Assembly: GCA_038087875.1 (NCBI GenBank)
Contig: CM075993.1
Coordinates: 8,184,001-8,248,000, forward strand
From: Malacoraja senta
Taxonomy: Eukaryota
Reading direction: 5' to 3'
DNA: 64,000 nucleotides
Shown piece by piece: positions 25,309-38,650 of this stretch; positions within the stretch are counted from its first letter, which is position 1; each line of letters opens with the position of its first letter. Under the pieces are notes generated by a model, which saw only the letters and a list, made by a program, of their open reading frames with translations, made no database searches and had not been told where the DNA came from. The position numbers were made by a program, and so were the translations under genes.

Positions 25309-25897
25309 CCTAATTTGTTAGTTTTGTTTCCTTAGGAGCATGCTATGCTTACAATGTTTTCTCCAACTGCTTGCATTCCAAGAGTGCTTGCACCTCACAG
25401 GTGCGTCCCTGGCTGTGGAATGCTTTAAAGGGCCCTGAGGGTGGGAAATGCACTTGCCACATGAATATGTTTTCAATTTCATACTCTTTACTACTGCATT
25501 CTGAAGCAGGCCCATGCAGAATACTTGTAATATTTTAGTATTCCAGTCACTGCCAGCATAAAGGTGAACATTTTTTTAAGTTTCAAAAATAGACTTTATT
25601 CTGAATTAAAAATGTACAAAACAAAATCACTTTATAAGTGTTTAGCGTCAATGCATTCAAGTGTGTCCTTGAAGTATTAATGCATTCAAGTGTGCCCTTG
25701 CCAGTCGTGGCTTCCAGGGGTGATATCCTTTCCCTTGTACTCAGATCATCAATGTCCAGCTGTACCAAGTTACAGTGTGTCCCTCCGCATGCACTCCTAC
25801 AGACTGGAATGGGCTAGTTGGCAACGTTCCCTTACAGACATTTAGGGTATTCGATGTATCATCCTTTCATTGTTTTTCTATGTGTTGGTGTTGCCAG

Positions 25898-26022
25898 GGT
25901 GGAGGGCAGGACTTGGTATACCTCACACCGAGGCCGGCTGTGGATCGCAGCAGCTGCCAAAAGACCTGCACTGGAAGAAGTGACAGCAATCGAAGGCACC
26001 TACAGGGCGATGCACGGCAGAG
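25898..26022 (+). CDS. TRIP4: TRIP4 exon, ASCH domain
   Basis: gccag acceptor, GTAAAC donor, phase 2-1. Encodes VEGRTWYTSHRGRLWIAAAAKRPALEEVTAIEGTYRAMHGR and completes the GxKxxExR ASCH motif. Confidence 0.96.
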
Positions 26023-26472
26023 GTAAACCAATTCATCAAGTGTGCTAATTCATACCACGTTTGCAGCAGTAGTGATGTTGGATTGTTCATTTTAATATAT
26101 GTGGGTTAATGGGTAATTCAAGGTTTTAAAATGCTAGATCTGACTGAAGACTTTTGATATTGCTGGACGTGTGCGTGCCTATCCTGGGCTAACAAAACTG
26201 AGTGCTGAGTGTGAATTAATGAATTGAACGTCTGCCCTGGACCATTTAGCTCTTCAGTACAGCGCACCCGACTGCTCGCTTACCTAACTTGGCTCCTGGC
26301 TATCAATTCATTGCTTTAAAGATTTTACATGCAGGTTTGTCTGCTGTCAATAGGTGAATATCTTAATCGGCTAATTGGAAAAATGTTAGAGGATTGTGTC
26401 TGGCCTTGGGACAGAATTACTGATGAGACCATTCCACACAGCACCAGTGCTGGGAGAATAGGTTGCACTTTT

Positions 26473-26820
26473 CATAAGTTCATAAGTTACAGGAGTTAGG
26501 CCATTCAGCCCATCAAGTCTACTCCGCCATTCAATCATAGCTGACCTATCTTTCCCTCTCAACCCCATTATTCTGCCTTCTCCCCATAACTCCTGACACC
26601 CATACTAATTCAAAATATCTGTCAATCTCTGCCGTAAAAACATATCCATTGACTTTGCCTCCACAGCTTTCCGTGGCAATGAATTCCACAGATTCACCAC
26701 CTTCTGACTAAAGAAATTCCTCCTTACTCCTTTTTAACGATATTCCAAGGCTATGGCTTCTGGTCCTAGACTCAACCAGTCATGGAAGCATCCACTCTAT
26801 CCAGGCCTTTCACTATTCGG
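26473..26820 (-). mobile_element. CR1 LINE 3' fragment
   Basis: CR1 3' UTR and VVNLWNSLP remnant. Confidence 0.8.
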
Positions 26821-27400
26821 TAAGCTTTGCATCCTTGAGGTCCCAGAGGTAAAGTTATAGGGATATTTAGTCCTCCTTCTTCGATCATGGCTGAGTAAGT
26901 GAAAAAAACAAACAGAAAATGCTGGAAACACAGGGCAGGTCAGGCATCTTCTGCGGAAAAAAGAAACAAAAGTTAGCAGAGTGTCGGGTTGAAGACCCTT
27001 TGTCGGCACCTGTAATCTGTTTGTCCATCTCGGCTCCACTTTGTTGCTGATTGCTCCCAATTTCAACATGACTTTTTGAACAGTCAATGTGCTGTTCACT
27101 CAGCTCCTTCTACCTGCTGTGGAGATCAATAGCCATCCACTGCAAATGCTAAATAGGTACAGCAATATAGGTGCCATCTTGCATTATGGAGTTCTTGCTG
27201 ATATTAATGCTCACCTTTCTAAGACTACTTTCATTTTTTGGTTGTTTGGCCAGGCGGACCTAAACACTTGGGATAGAGATCCACAAGGCTGTTTTACTGC
27301 CTGACTAATTTGTGGCTGCAGACCTCTGCCAGATTTTCAAAATGACTGTTTTCATCTGTGCTGCCACTATGCAATGGCAAAGGTAGCACAGTGGTCCAGT

Positions 27401-27428
27401 CTGAAGAAGGGTCTCGACCCGAAACGTC
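27401..27428 (+). ncRNA. Minimal hammerhead ribozyme motif
   Basis: CTGAAGAAGGGTCTCGACCCGAAACGTC, identical to 18703-18730. It lies at the start of a short unit bounded by cacagtggtccag (27387-27399 and 28639-28651). Confidence 0.7.
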
Positions 27429-27491
27429 GCCCATTCCTTCTCTCCAGAGATGCTGCCTCACCCGCTGAGTTACTCCAGCATTTTGTGTTTA

Positions 27492-28600
27492 CATAGATAC
27501 ATAGAAAATAGGTGCAGGAGTAGGCCATTCGGCCCTTCGAGCCTGTACCGCCATTCAATATGATCATGGCTGATCATCCAACTCAGTATCCCGTACCTGC
27601 CTTCTCTCCATATCCCCTGATCCCTTTAGCCACAAGGGCCACATCTAACTCCCTCTTAAATATAGCCAATGAACTGGCCTCAACTACCCTCTGTGGCAGA
27701 GAGTTCCAGAGATTCACCACTCTCTGTGTGAAAAATGTTTTTCTCATCTCGGTCTTAAAGGATTTCCCCCTTATCCTTAAGCTGTGACCCCTTGTCCTGG
27801 ACTTCCCCAACATCGGGAACAATCTTCCTGCATCTAGCCTGTCCAACCCCATAAGAATTTTGTACGTTTCTATAAGATCCCCTCTCAATCTCCTAAATTC
27901 TAGCGAGTATAAGCCAAGTCTATCCAGTCTTTCTTCATATGAAAGTCCTGACATCCCAGGAATCAGTCTGGTGAACCTTCTCTGCACTCCCTCTATGGCT
28001 ATAATGTCCTTCCTCAGATTTGGAGACCAAAACTGTAGGCAATACTCCAGGTGTGGTCTCACCAAGACCCTGTACAACTGCAGTAGAACCTCCCTGCTCC
28101 TATACTCAAATCCTTTTGCTATGAAAGCTAACATACCATTCGCTTTCTTCACTGCCTGCTGCACCTGCATGCCTACTTTCAATGACTGGTGTACCATGAC
28201 ACCCAGGTCTCGCTGCATCTCCCCTTTTCCTAATCGGCCACCATTTAGATAATAGTCTGCTTTCCTGTTTTTGCCACCAAAGTGGATAACCTCACATTTA
28301 TCCACATTATACTGCATCTGCCAAACATTTGCCCACTCACCCAGCCTATCCAAGTCACCTTGCAGTCTCCTAGCATCCTCCTCACAGCTAACACTGCTCC
28401 CCAGCTTAGTGTCATCCGCAAACTTGGAGATGTTGCCTTCAATTCCCTCATCCAGATCATTAATATAAATTGTAAATAGCTGGGGTCCCAGCACTGAGCC
28501 TTGCGGTACCCCACTAGTCACTGCCTGCCATTGTGAAAAGGACCCGTTTACTCCTACTCTTTGCTTCCTGTTTGCCAGCCAGTTCTCTATCCACATCAAT
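27492..28600 (-). mobile_element. Young 5'-truncated CR1 LINE with uninterrupted 338-codon RT C-terminal frame (27583-28599)
   Basis: SGVPQGSVLGP, KFADDTK, WQMQYNVDKC and YLEYC-like HLEYCLQFW motifs with no stops; inserted in a Penelope-derived unit. Confidence 0.95.
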
Positions 28601-28759
28601 TACCTTCGATTTAAACCAGTATCTGCAGTTCTTTCTTACACAGTGGTCCAGAAACTGGTTTTGGCGAGAGCTGATTCATTAAAGGATCCTATTTCAGTAC
28701 AGCAGTGCTGGGCTGACTGTATTAAAGGTGTGCAGTATTCATGGGTTTAAAAGAAATAA

Positions 28760-29045
28760 CGGGCCTTTTGGTCCATGCCAACCAACGATCACCAGCTCAC
28801 ACTAGTTCTATGTTATCCCACTTTCTCATCTACTCCCTACACACTAGGGGCAATTTACAGAGGCCAATAAACCCACAAACCCCCACGTCTTTGGGATGCG
28901 GGAGGAAACCGGTGCACCCGGTGGGACACCCATACAGTCTCAATGAGAACGTGCAAACTCCACATGGACGGCACCCAAAGTTAGAATTGAACTTGTGTCT
29001 CTGGCGCGGTGAGGCAGCGGCTCTGCCAGCTGTGCCACTGTGCCG
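28760..29045 (-). mobile_element. V-SINE (older subfamily)
   Basis: Degenerate head, V-domain and tail. Confidence 0.75.
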
Positions 29046-30645
29046 CCTTTCTTGAGTGTAACTAGTGGGAGGGACCATAGGTGAGGAGAGGCCTGCAATC
29101 TGATACACAATCTGAAATCTTAGGGTTGGTGATTTTGAGCATCGCCAAGAGAAATATACAAAGAAGAGGAACTGGCGACTGTTCTGAACTGTTAACATCC
29201 CCAGTGTGGTGCGTGGTTGTACTTGGAGATCCCTGACATTATATTACACCAGAAGGTTTACATGAAGGAGGTTGTTCAGTTGGTAACCTCCGCACAGTAA
29301 TTGGTTGCTCATTGCTGGTCATTTTAAAGATCTTCTCGTCCTCCACAGCCAGGGAGGTGCATTTTAAGTGCAGTCATTGTTACAATGTGCACAGCAAAGC
29401 AGTACACACCCTGTCTGTAGGAGGTGGTGGTTGTGGTTGTGGTGTGTTGGGGGGTTAGTGGTGTTGGTGATTCTCTGTCGGGTTCTGCTAACAATGGGTT
29501 GGAGCAAGAAAATAATTGCTGCGTAGATAAGAGGTGAGAAGGGCTTAATTTAATTTCCTGCTGCCTCAGCTATTCGGTGACCGTGCTGGATCCAGATTAT
29601 AAGTGGCAACCTTATTTAGCAACAAAATGCGCTAATAGATAAGGGATGGCAGCAAAGTTAATTGACTTTTCAAAGAGATAACTGCACGTAAAGATTTTCT
29701 GTATCGTCAGCAGTCCCAGTCAGTGTTTGGATGGTTGTTGTAAAGAGCGCAGAGATAAACGACTTCTCCAGAAGCTTAAGCAGTTCACTGGTTTGCCATT
29801 AACAATAATTCAAAGTTATCACACTCTGGAGAGGAATTTGCTCCAACGCAGAGACACGCTGGAAAATTTAGAGACTTGATTAAGTGAGCTCATTCACTGT
29901 TCAATTTAGGTCACTTGGCATTAAATCTAGGATAACACATCAGTACTGGTCTGAGTGAATCCAGTATAGTCTTCCAGGCAAGAAGTGTTAAACGTGCCCC
30001 TGTCTTCTCTCAGGTCAATGTGAAACATCTCGTGGCACTGTTTAGAAGAAGGTATGGGGAATTATGCTCATTAGTCTGATTTGTCTACATTTGTGAATTA
30101 AACAGCTTATCCCCTCATCTCACTACTTTTAATAGACTCCGATACAAGATTCCTGTTCCCTTACCTGGAAAGTGAAATGCAGCCAAAGTTCAAGTGATCT
30201 CCAATAAACATTCCCTGTGTGAGGTTTCCTGTGGTCAGGGGAAAAAATACTGGGGAGGCGTAATGTTGATCTCAAGTTACGATGATGGTTTAAAACTGGT
30301 CTATCGGAGTAGCACATTGCCATCCAAAATCGAACATTGTTACTCTCGTCCATACAAGTACAGGGGCTGTATATTTAATACAATGTCCAGAAAATTGATC
30401 AGACACGGTGCTTAGAAGGGTCCCGAACTGAAATATCACCCATCCTTTTTCTCCAGAGATGCTGTCTGACCCATTGAGTTACTCTAGCACTTTGTGTCTA
30501 TCTTTGTGTTTCGATACTGTTTTCTTTTATTGTACATTTTCAGTAGCACGTTCTGAGAGGAAAAGATAATTTTTCCTCTTTCTAGCCACATTTATGAATG
30601 AAAAACTGCTGGTGGGAACTTCTGAACTTGATTTCCCTTTCACAG

Positions 30646-30737
30646 ATATTGAGTTTCCCAAGGACTACCCGACTGGCTGCCTGTTGGGCTGCGTGGATCT
30701 CATCGATTGTGTATCTCAAGAGCAGTACCATGAGCAG
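30646..30737 (+). CDS. TRIP4: TRIP4 exon, ASCH domain
   Basis: tcacag acceptor, GTAAGC donor, phase 1-0. Encodes DIEFPKDYPTGCLLGCVDLIDCVSQEQYHEQ; missed by the ORF track. Confidence 0.96.
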
Positions 30738-31409
30738 GTAAGCACTGGATCTGCCAAAGTCTTGTAGCCATGTTCCTCCAGCGTGTATTAAACAGAGAGC
30801 AAAACATCAAGTGCTGGAGTAACTCAGCGGGTCAGGCATTATCTGTGGAAGGAATAAACGGGCAACATTTCAGGTTGGGACCCCTTTAGGCTCAACCCTT
30901 TAGTCTGACCTGAAACGTCATCTACCCTTCAACAGATGCTGCCTGACACACTGAGTTACTCCAGCAATTTGTGCTTTACTCAAGATTCCAACATCTGTAG
31001 TTCTTGGTGTCTCCCTATTAAACAGAGAGTTCAGCACCTTTCATAATATGTGTCAGTGATATCTTAAGAATGTGTCTAATATTTATCAAGCACTTGTTGT
31101 GTGCTTCCCTTCTCTCTCAAGTATGGCTGCTTGTTCCAAAGTAATGTACATCTAGCAATTCCAGGCCTTTGATAGTTTAGCCCAGTATCACAGTGAATGA
31201 GCCCAGTAAAAGGGCAAGTGAAACTTTCAAGGTTGGCTTCATGGTGAATGGTGATGGGAACAGTTTGTTCTGTTTTACATTCTGTGCATCAGTCAGGTGG
31301 AATGTTGCTCCATCATTTATTTTTCCCTTTGTTTAAGGGAAACAAAGTGAAACAAAAGTGAAAAGCAAAATAATTTGTCCTCAACCTATAAAATACATCC
31401 ATGGTAACG

Positions 31410-31915
31410 AATTCTTGCTATTGAGGGAGTGCAGCGTAGGTTCACAAGGTTAATTCCTGGGATGGCGGGACTGTCATATGTTGATAAAATGGAGCGGCTG
31501 GGCTTGTATACTCTGGAATTTAGAAGGACGAGAGGGAATCTTATTGAAACATATAAGCTTATTAAGGGTTTGGACACGCTGGAGGCAGGAAACATGTTCC
31601 CAATGTTGGGTGTCCAGAACCAGGGACCACAGTTTAAGAATAAGGGATAAGCCATTTAGAACGGAGATGAGGAAAAACTTTTTCACACAGAGTTGTGAAT
31701 TTGTGGAATTCTCTGCCTCTGAAGGCAGTGGAGGCCGATTCACTGGATGCTTTCAAGAGAGAGTTAGATAGAGCTCTTAAAGATAGCGGAGTCAAGGGAT
31801 ATGGGGAGAAGGCAGGAACGGGGTACAGATTGGGGATGATCAGCCATGATCACATTGAATGGCTGTACTGGCTCGAAGGGCCAAATGGACTACTCCTGCA
31901 CCTATTGTCTATTGA
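31410..31915 (+). mobile_element. CR1 LINE 3' fragment
   Basis: QRRFTRLIPGMAGLSY...NLWNSLP plus tail. Confidence 0.9.
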
Positions 31916-32913
31916 CTACCGGGGGATTTAGTTTGTACATCAAGATTTCTTCAGACAGTACAAATGAATTAATTTGTTCTCTCTGCACGACTCAGTTTAT
32001 TCATCAGATAAGAACAACAAATATAGTGTGCCACGTGATCACAGTACAGATTGTTCTGGTTGCGTTCCTAAGAAACCTTGTGTTAGAAAAAAATCAGATT
32101 ATTATGACAATTATGCCAATGGGAGAACGGGCAGAACGGGCTTTAGGGTCCAGAGAGTTTCAAACTCAAAGTGATTTTTCCCACAGGATTTTCAAAAAGA
32201 AATGTATTTTCCAGATCATTTACTTTATTTTTGTTACTGTAAAAAATATTAAAGGCTGTTTGTTACATTGTTTAATAGAGTATCGTTGCACATGTCAATA
32301 GAAGAGTTTGCTTGAAATGTCAATGGCCACTCACGGATAAAGTAGCAGCTGCATTCTTAAGAGATAACGCTGTCTGATTACATTGTGAGGTTACACAGAA
32401 ACAGTTCATTTTGTCCCCAACACTCTTTAAATTTGAGACTGTTTTTCTGCTTGTCAATTTCCAAAGTAATTTTTAAATGGTTCTCTAGTTCCAGATCATA
32501 TAACCAATTAGACCTGTGTGATACAAATAGTGTTCCTTGATTCATCACTTGCATAATATCCAATTTGTGTTATTGAAACGTGTGTTTATAGCAGAACCTC
32601 CTGTTTTATGCCATGCTATCTGGAACCTCTGGAGCATGGCATTAATGGACAATTACACCCTAGTCATTCCCTTTTCTCGCCTCTCCTGTCGGGCAGAAGG
32701 TACAGAATCCTAAATCAGATTCAAGAATAGTTTTGCTGTTATCAGACTACAGAACAGACCTCTCATAAGCTAATTCAGTTAATAATCTGTGTATTCACAA
32801 TCTCCCAACGTACCTCATTGTGGCCCCTTTTTTACCTGCACTTTCTTTGCTGTACTGTTGTACAAGCTGTAACACTATATTTCTGCACTTTGTTTATTTT
32901 TTTCTTTTTGCAC

Positions 32914-33272
32914 TAGACAATAGGTGCAGGAGTAGGCCATTCGGCCCTTCGAGCCAGCACTGCCATTCAATGTGACCATGGCTGATCATCCCCAATCAGT
33001 ACCCCGTTCCTGCCTTCTCCCCATATCCCCTGACTCTGCTATTTTTAAGAGCCCTATCTAGCTCTCTCTTGAAAGCATCCAGAGAACCTGCCTCCACCTG
33101 AGGCAGAGAATTCCACAGACTCACCACTCTGTGAGAAAAAGTGTTTCCTCGTCTCCGTTCTAAATGGCTTACTCCTTATTCTTAAACTGTGGCCCCTGGT
33201 TCTGGACTCCCCCAACATCGGGAACATGTTTCCTGCCTCTAGTGTGTCCAAGCCCTTAACAATCTTATATGT
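32914..33272 (-). mobile_element. CR1 LINE 3' fragment
   Basis: DTLEAGNMFPMLGESRTRGHSL plus tail. Confidence 0.9.
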
Positions 33273-33564
33273 TTTAACTACTTGTTGAACTTGTATACAG
33301 TTTGATTGTATTCACATATGGCATGAATTGACTGGATATCACACAAAACAGTTTTCCACTGTATCTCAGTGCACATAAGAATAATAAACTAATACTGATA
33401 CCAATACGGTGAGGGACTGAAGTATATTTGTACCAAAATCTATCATTTATATTGTCTTTGTCACAAGAGCCCTCAGAATGCTTCGCGAACATGCTAGTCC
33501 TTCTTTATATTCTCATCCCCAAATCATGTTTTTGATTCTGGAACCTTGCGCTTGTAATCTTTAG

Positions 33565-33680
33565 ATGAACCGTTAAACGGAGTCCCTGTCTGCCCCTTGA
33601 CTCCACAACACTATTTGATGAAGACCATGGGATACTTGAAGGAATCTTAGCCAATATTTACCCCTCAGCCAACAACATTA
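33565..33680 (+). mobile_element. Deu-domain SINE (SacSINE1-like) remnant
   Basis: Resembles the recalled Deu core (TTAAAC..G.CCC.GTCTGCCC...GCACTATT.GAAGA...GCCAATATTTA.CCCTCA). Similar remnants lie near 740-850, 29985-30060 and on the - strand near 51350-51780. Confidence 0.5.
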
Positions 33681-34053
33681 ATATTGTTGTAAAGAGGGCA
33701 ATATTGTGGTGGCGGAGTATGTAGGAAGGAACTGCAGATGCTGGTTTATACCGAAGATAGACACAAAGTGCTGGAGTAACTCAACGGATCAGGCAGCATC
33801 TCTGGAGAAAAACGAAGGGTGACATTTCGGGTTGGAACCCTTCTTCAGGTGGCAAAGTGGTTAATAGGTCTTGATAGATGTAGCGTCAGTGATTATGGTG
33901 ACTCTTTGTGTGCTGGTCCCAGAAGAAGATATATTATTAACCACTGTAATCGCTCCACTCTTTTACTTGTGCATAGTCATACTCGTACTATCATTTGACT
34001 GGATAGCCCGTAAAGCAAAGGTTTTTACCATATCTCGGTACACATGACAATAA

Positions 34054-34626
34054 AGCCCCTGTCCCACTGTACAAGGTAATTCAAGAGTTCTCCCGGGTTT
34101 TCCCCTGATCCGAACTCGGAGAATAATAATAATAATAATGGATTTTATTTATGGGCGCCTTATACCGAGGTCTCAAGGACACCTTACAGAGATTTATAGG
34201 AAACATATAATCAGAATTTAAAAAAATAAGTTATAAAGACCAATACACAAATCAGGGACAGAATTCCTTCCAAAAACACAAAAAAGAAAATCAGAAGCAC
34301 AATTTGAGGAGAGAGCAGCGGCAACGAAACTGGAGAATGTCCGTAGCGGGTCCGTAAGAGTTCGTGGATGTTTCGTAGCGGCTCGTAATGCTAACGGTAG
34401 GTACTCGGGACATCCTGTAAACTCGTGACGTTTTTTTCATCCTTGCAAAAAATGTCCACGAGTAAAAAAAAAACTCGTGATGAAAAATATTGTTGCTTTC
34501 TACTCGTACAAGCCGCTATGAGACATCCACGAACTCCTACGGACCCGCTACGGACATTCTCCGAGTTCGAATCAGGGGAATACTCGGGAGAACTCTTGAA
34601 TTACCTCGTACAGTGGGACAGGGGCT
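34054..34626. mobile_element. PIF/Harbinger-type MITE with nested LINE-tail insertion (~34125-34325)
   Basis: TIR AGCCCCTGTCCCACTGTAC / GTACAGTGGGACAGGGGCT with TAA TSD; related to the 18367 copy; the insert begins with (AAT)n. Confidence 0.85.
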
Positions 34627-34649
34627 TAATAAACTGAAATAAACTGAAA

Positions 34650-34955
34650 AATGTTCAAGGGTGTGCTGAAAGCTTCCTTGAAGAAGTGCAACGCCCTTCT
34701 GGCCCATGAAGGAGTGGGCAGGATGGTATTGAGAATCTTGTATACATGCATCAGAAGCACACCTAGGCCATGTATAGACTGTGGAACGGGGCGCACCATC
34801 TCCCTGCCTGCCTCTCTGTGCTGTCAGACATCTGCTGTAGCCCCTGTGGGGAAAGTCTGCAGTTCCCACATTGGCTTCATTAACCGCCCTGGAGCCTACA
34901 GAAAGGGAGTGAAGGCAAGTCATCCTCGATCCTGAGGGACTGCTTAAGCAGAAGA
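34650..34955 (+). mobile_element. RTE (BovB-like) LINE 3' fragment
   Basis: FKGVLKASLKKC...GKVCSSHIGFI and tail gcaagtcatcctcgatcctgagggactgc. Confidence 0.7.
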
Positions 34956-37344
34956 TATATGAAAGTACTTTCATTGCCCAGGAGGCATTTTTATTCTGAG
35001 GGCTGATAGATACTGCACAAAGCACAAGTGTACTCTTGCTCAGTAAAAGCAGCTGTGCAAGAAGCATCAGTGTTTCCCTTTGTAAGCACAGCTCATCTAC
35101 GTTCAAAGTCAGTGACGGCCTAAACCAGTAGAATGATTTCTGCCGAAGAGAAACACAAACAGCTGGAGTAACTCAGCGGGTCAGGCAACATCTCTGGATA
35201 ATAGGAAGAGGTGACGTTTTGGGTCAGGACCCTTCTTCAGCCTTGAACTTTGAACACTCTTCACATTTGGCAGCCCACATAATTTTTGAATCATCATTCC
35301 ACATAATCAAGGCCATTAAAGCAGCATAAACAAAAAACAAATATTTAAGTTTTTTTTTTTTTGGGGGGGGGGAGGGGGGCTGTGTTGAAGCCAACACTAA
35401 TTGATAGCAATAGGCAATCTGATGTCATATTTGGAGGTCACCATCTTTACCCACAAATCTTTCAAAACAGATGTTCTGTAATTCGGTGCCAAATAACACC
35501 GAATAAAGGGAGTTTGTAACTGTTACCCTGAGCCATTAAAGAAGAGGCACTGTGTCGGGGATTATGGGGAGGAGGCAGAAGAATAGGGGTTGAGACAGAA
35601 AGATCGATCAGCCATGATTGACAGGCGGAGTAGACTTGATGGGCCGAATGGCTTAATTCTGCTCCTGTAATTTATGAACTTTCAATTTGGGATTACCACG
35701 CTCCAAAGAGAGGTTTAATGTCATCGATATAATTTAATTAATTATGATACCTTGTGTTTTATCTTTGGCCCCTTCAGTATTTTGTAAGCGAATGTAATAA
35801 AGATTTATTCCACACTTTTACTATATCCTGGTCAGATCCTCACCTCTCTTTATGAGATTCCCCCCCCCCTCCCCAATCCATCAGTCTGAAGAAAGGTCTC
35901 AAAGCATCACCTGTCAATCTCCACAGATGCTACCTGACCCGCTGAGTTCCTACAGCTCTTTTGTGCTTTTTGTTCCCGGTCAGCTTTGATTCCTTTGAAA
36001 ATAACTATGTCCGACACTACTTCATATGGAAATGCATCCCAGGATAATAATTAGAAAGGTGTAAAAAGTGGAATGATTTTTTTTAAATGAAGCTTGTAAT
36101 GGGGAGAGTAGAGTTGCTATGAAGGTAGAAAATATGCTTGTTGGAAACTCCTGAGTACAAGAACGGGACGATGAATGGCTGGAGTTTTGCATTCAATGTA
36201 TCGGGGGTCGTGGGCAGGTCAGATAGGGCAGTGATATAAGCAGCATTTGGAGCAAAATAAGATCGGAATAGCAGAGTTTTGGTTAGACTGCAGTTGTTGG
36301 AGGGCGATGCGATTGATGAAGAGAACGTAAATGACCAAGGCTGGAGCAGACAAGCATGGACGAGCGTTTAAGCAGCAAATGGGCCGATGCAAATGTAGGG
36401 CAAACAGTATTACAGAGTGTTCAAGAAGGAACTGCAGATGCTGGAAAATCGAAGGTAGACAAAAGTGCTAGAGAAACTCAGCGGGTGCGGCAGCATCTAT
36501 GGAGCGAAGGAAATCGGCAACGTTTCGGACCCGCTGAGTTTCTCCAGTATTACAGAATGGATCTCTGTGATGGAAATGTATATTACTGGAGCTGGGTAAA
36601 ACAAAGTTTATCCGAGACTGCCAGCAAAACAATTAAATGTGAAGTCACGAGATAAAAAAGAAGTCTGAAGAAGAGTCTCGACCAAAAACGTCACTCATTC
36701 CTTCTATCCAGAGATGCTGACCCGCTGGGTCAGGAACTGGAGAAGGAAAGGACATTTAACCATGTTTGCAGAGGGCAGTCATTTGTGACTAATGTTCAAA
36801 ATGCATCAATGTTGTGACAAGGATGGAAAGCAAACTGAAGTTTATTATAATGCTATGAGGAAAGATTGAGACCTGTAGGAGACTGAGAGCAAATATTCAA
36901 AGATATTGGAGATGGGAAGAGATCGGAGGTATTTGCAAAAAGGTGGTGCTGCCATTTTTGGAAATGAAGAAAGAAACATGAGATAGGAATTTACAATATC
37001 ATTTAGCATTTTGAAGAGTGGCAAAGGAACTGTATTGGGTTGGATTGTGCCAGATTTACCCTGAGCCTTGTAGTTTCTTTTCACAAATAGTTGGAATTAA
37101 AGCTAAGTTTTACAAATCCAATTAACCAAGTAAATCCAAGTAAATTGTTTAAAACATAAAAATAAAATAAAAATAAAAATAAACAACTTGCTTTTTAGGA
37201 CACACAGTGGTCCCGGGTTCCACCCTGACCGTGGCTCTGTGTGGAGTTTCCCCAGGATACTCTGGTTTCCTCCCGCATCCTAAAGATGTGCGAGTTGGTA
37301 GCGAGTTCTGTAAATTGTCCCTAGTATTAGTTGAGTGGTAGAAT

Positions 37345-37345
<1 letters not shown>

Positions 37346-37380
<35 letters not shown>
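37346..37380 (+). repeat. Poly-G run (35 nt) inside a degenerate SINE
   Basis: Directly visible homopolymer. Confidence 0.9.
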
Positions 37381-37382
<2 letters not shown>

Positions 37383-37571
37383 AGGGGGGTTAGTTAATGA
37401 GTATGTTGGGAATAAAATGGGAATAGTGGTTGATGGATGGAATGGCCTCGGTAGGCCATGGTTCTGTTTCCTATGATGCTACTCTCTCTCTTTCTCTCTC
37501 TCTCTCTCTGAGATATTTAATAATGGTGGGAAAAGGGTGGTGATAGATGCCATGGCAGCACAGCAAGGGTA

Positions 37572-37830
37572 TGGTGGTACAGCAGTAGAGTTGCTGCCTT
37601 AGAGCGCCAGAGACCTGGGTTCAATCCTGATTGCGGGTGCTTTCCGTACGGAGTTTGTACGTTCTCCCTGTGACCACGTGGTTTTTCTCCGGTGCTCCGG
37701 TTTCCTCCCACACTCCAAAGACGTACAGTTTGTAGGTTAATTAGCTTTGGTTAAATTGTCCCTAGTGTGTAGGCTAGTACTAGTGTATGGGGTGAACGCT
37801 GGTCAGCGTGGACTCTGTGGGTCTGTTTCA
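37572..37830 (+). mobile_element. V-SINE
   Basis: Head, V-domain and tail. Confidence 0.82.
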
Positions 37831-38327
37831 GTGATAAACAAATACAGGTGCATTTGGGGCCAAAGAACGAATCATTTCAGTCCCCAACAAATGGTCAGAT
37901 TGTTGATATCCTAGATTATGAAAGCGTTCTTGCTGCAGTTATTGATGGGCCCCTATTCCAACTCCATAGTGTTAGTTTTACTGCCAATGCAAGGGGAAAA
38001 CTGACTCCCCCTTCCCCCCCCAAATCTTTGCACATCCCCAATCCTTTCCACTCGTCACTTTAATTTTAATGCTTCATGTATGTTGTGTTTTATGACTGTT
38101 GGCAGATCAATTTCCCTTCTGGGATAAATAAACTTCCATCGTATCGTAAACCAGCATCTGCAGTTACTTCCTACACAACTTTATCTTGGGGTAGATTTCT
38201 CCAACAACTTAGTCTTAGGGTACTTTTATCCCTAAACTTGATCCAAAAGCACCAAGAAACAATTCTAATTCCTGCAGTGGTTTTCTCGTTGGGCTTGTAA
38301 TTTCTATACAATGAGAATAGTACGATG

Positions 38328-38650
38328 GGGCAGCATGGTGCCGTAGCGGTAGAGTTGCTGCCTTACAGCGGCAGAGACCCGGATTCAATTCCTGACTACG
38401 GGTGCTTGTCTGTACAGAGTTTGTACGTTCTCCCCGTGACCTGCGTGGGTTTTCTACAAGCTCTTCGGTTTCCTCCCACACTCCAAAGACGTACAGGTTT
38501 GTAGGTTAATTGGATGGTGTCATGTAAAAAAAAAATGTCCCTAGTGTGCGTAGGGTAGTATTAATGTGCGAAGATCACTGGTTGCTGTGGGACACGATGG
38601 GTCGAAGGGCCTGTTTTCCATGCTGTATCTCTAAACTAAACCAAATTAAA
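38328..38650 (+). mobile_element. V-SINE
   Basis: Head, V-domain and (CTAAA)n tail. Confidence 0.85.

Noticed and set aside
25650-25700. ~30 bp tandem duplication (aatgcattcaagtgtgYccttg twice)
   Set aside because: Ordinary slippage duplication with no further structure.
27583-28599. Host or domesticated reverse transcriptase gene
   Set aside because: A 5'-truncated CR1 lacking the endonuclease and RT N-terminus, ending in a standard CR1 tail.
37346-37380. Functional G-quadruplex
   Set aside because: A pure homopolymer in a decayed SINE; its length may be an assembly artefact and nothing supports function.
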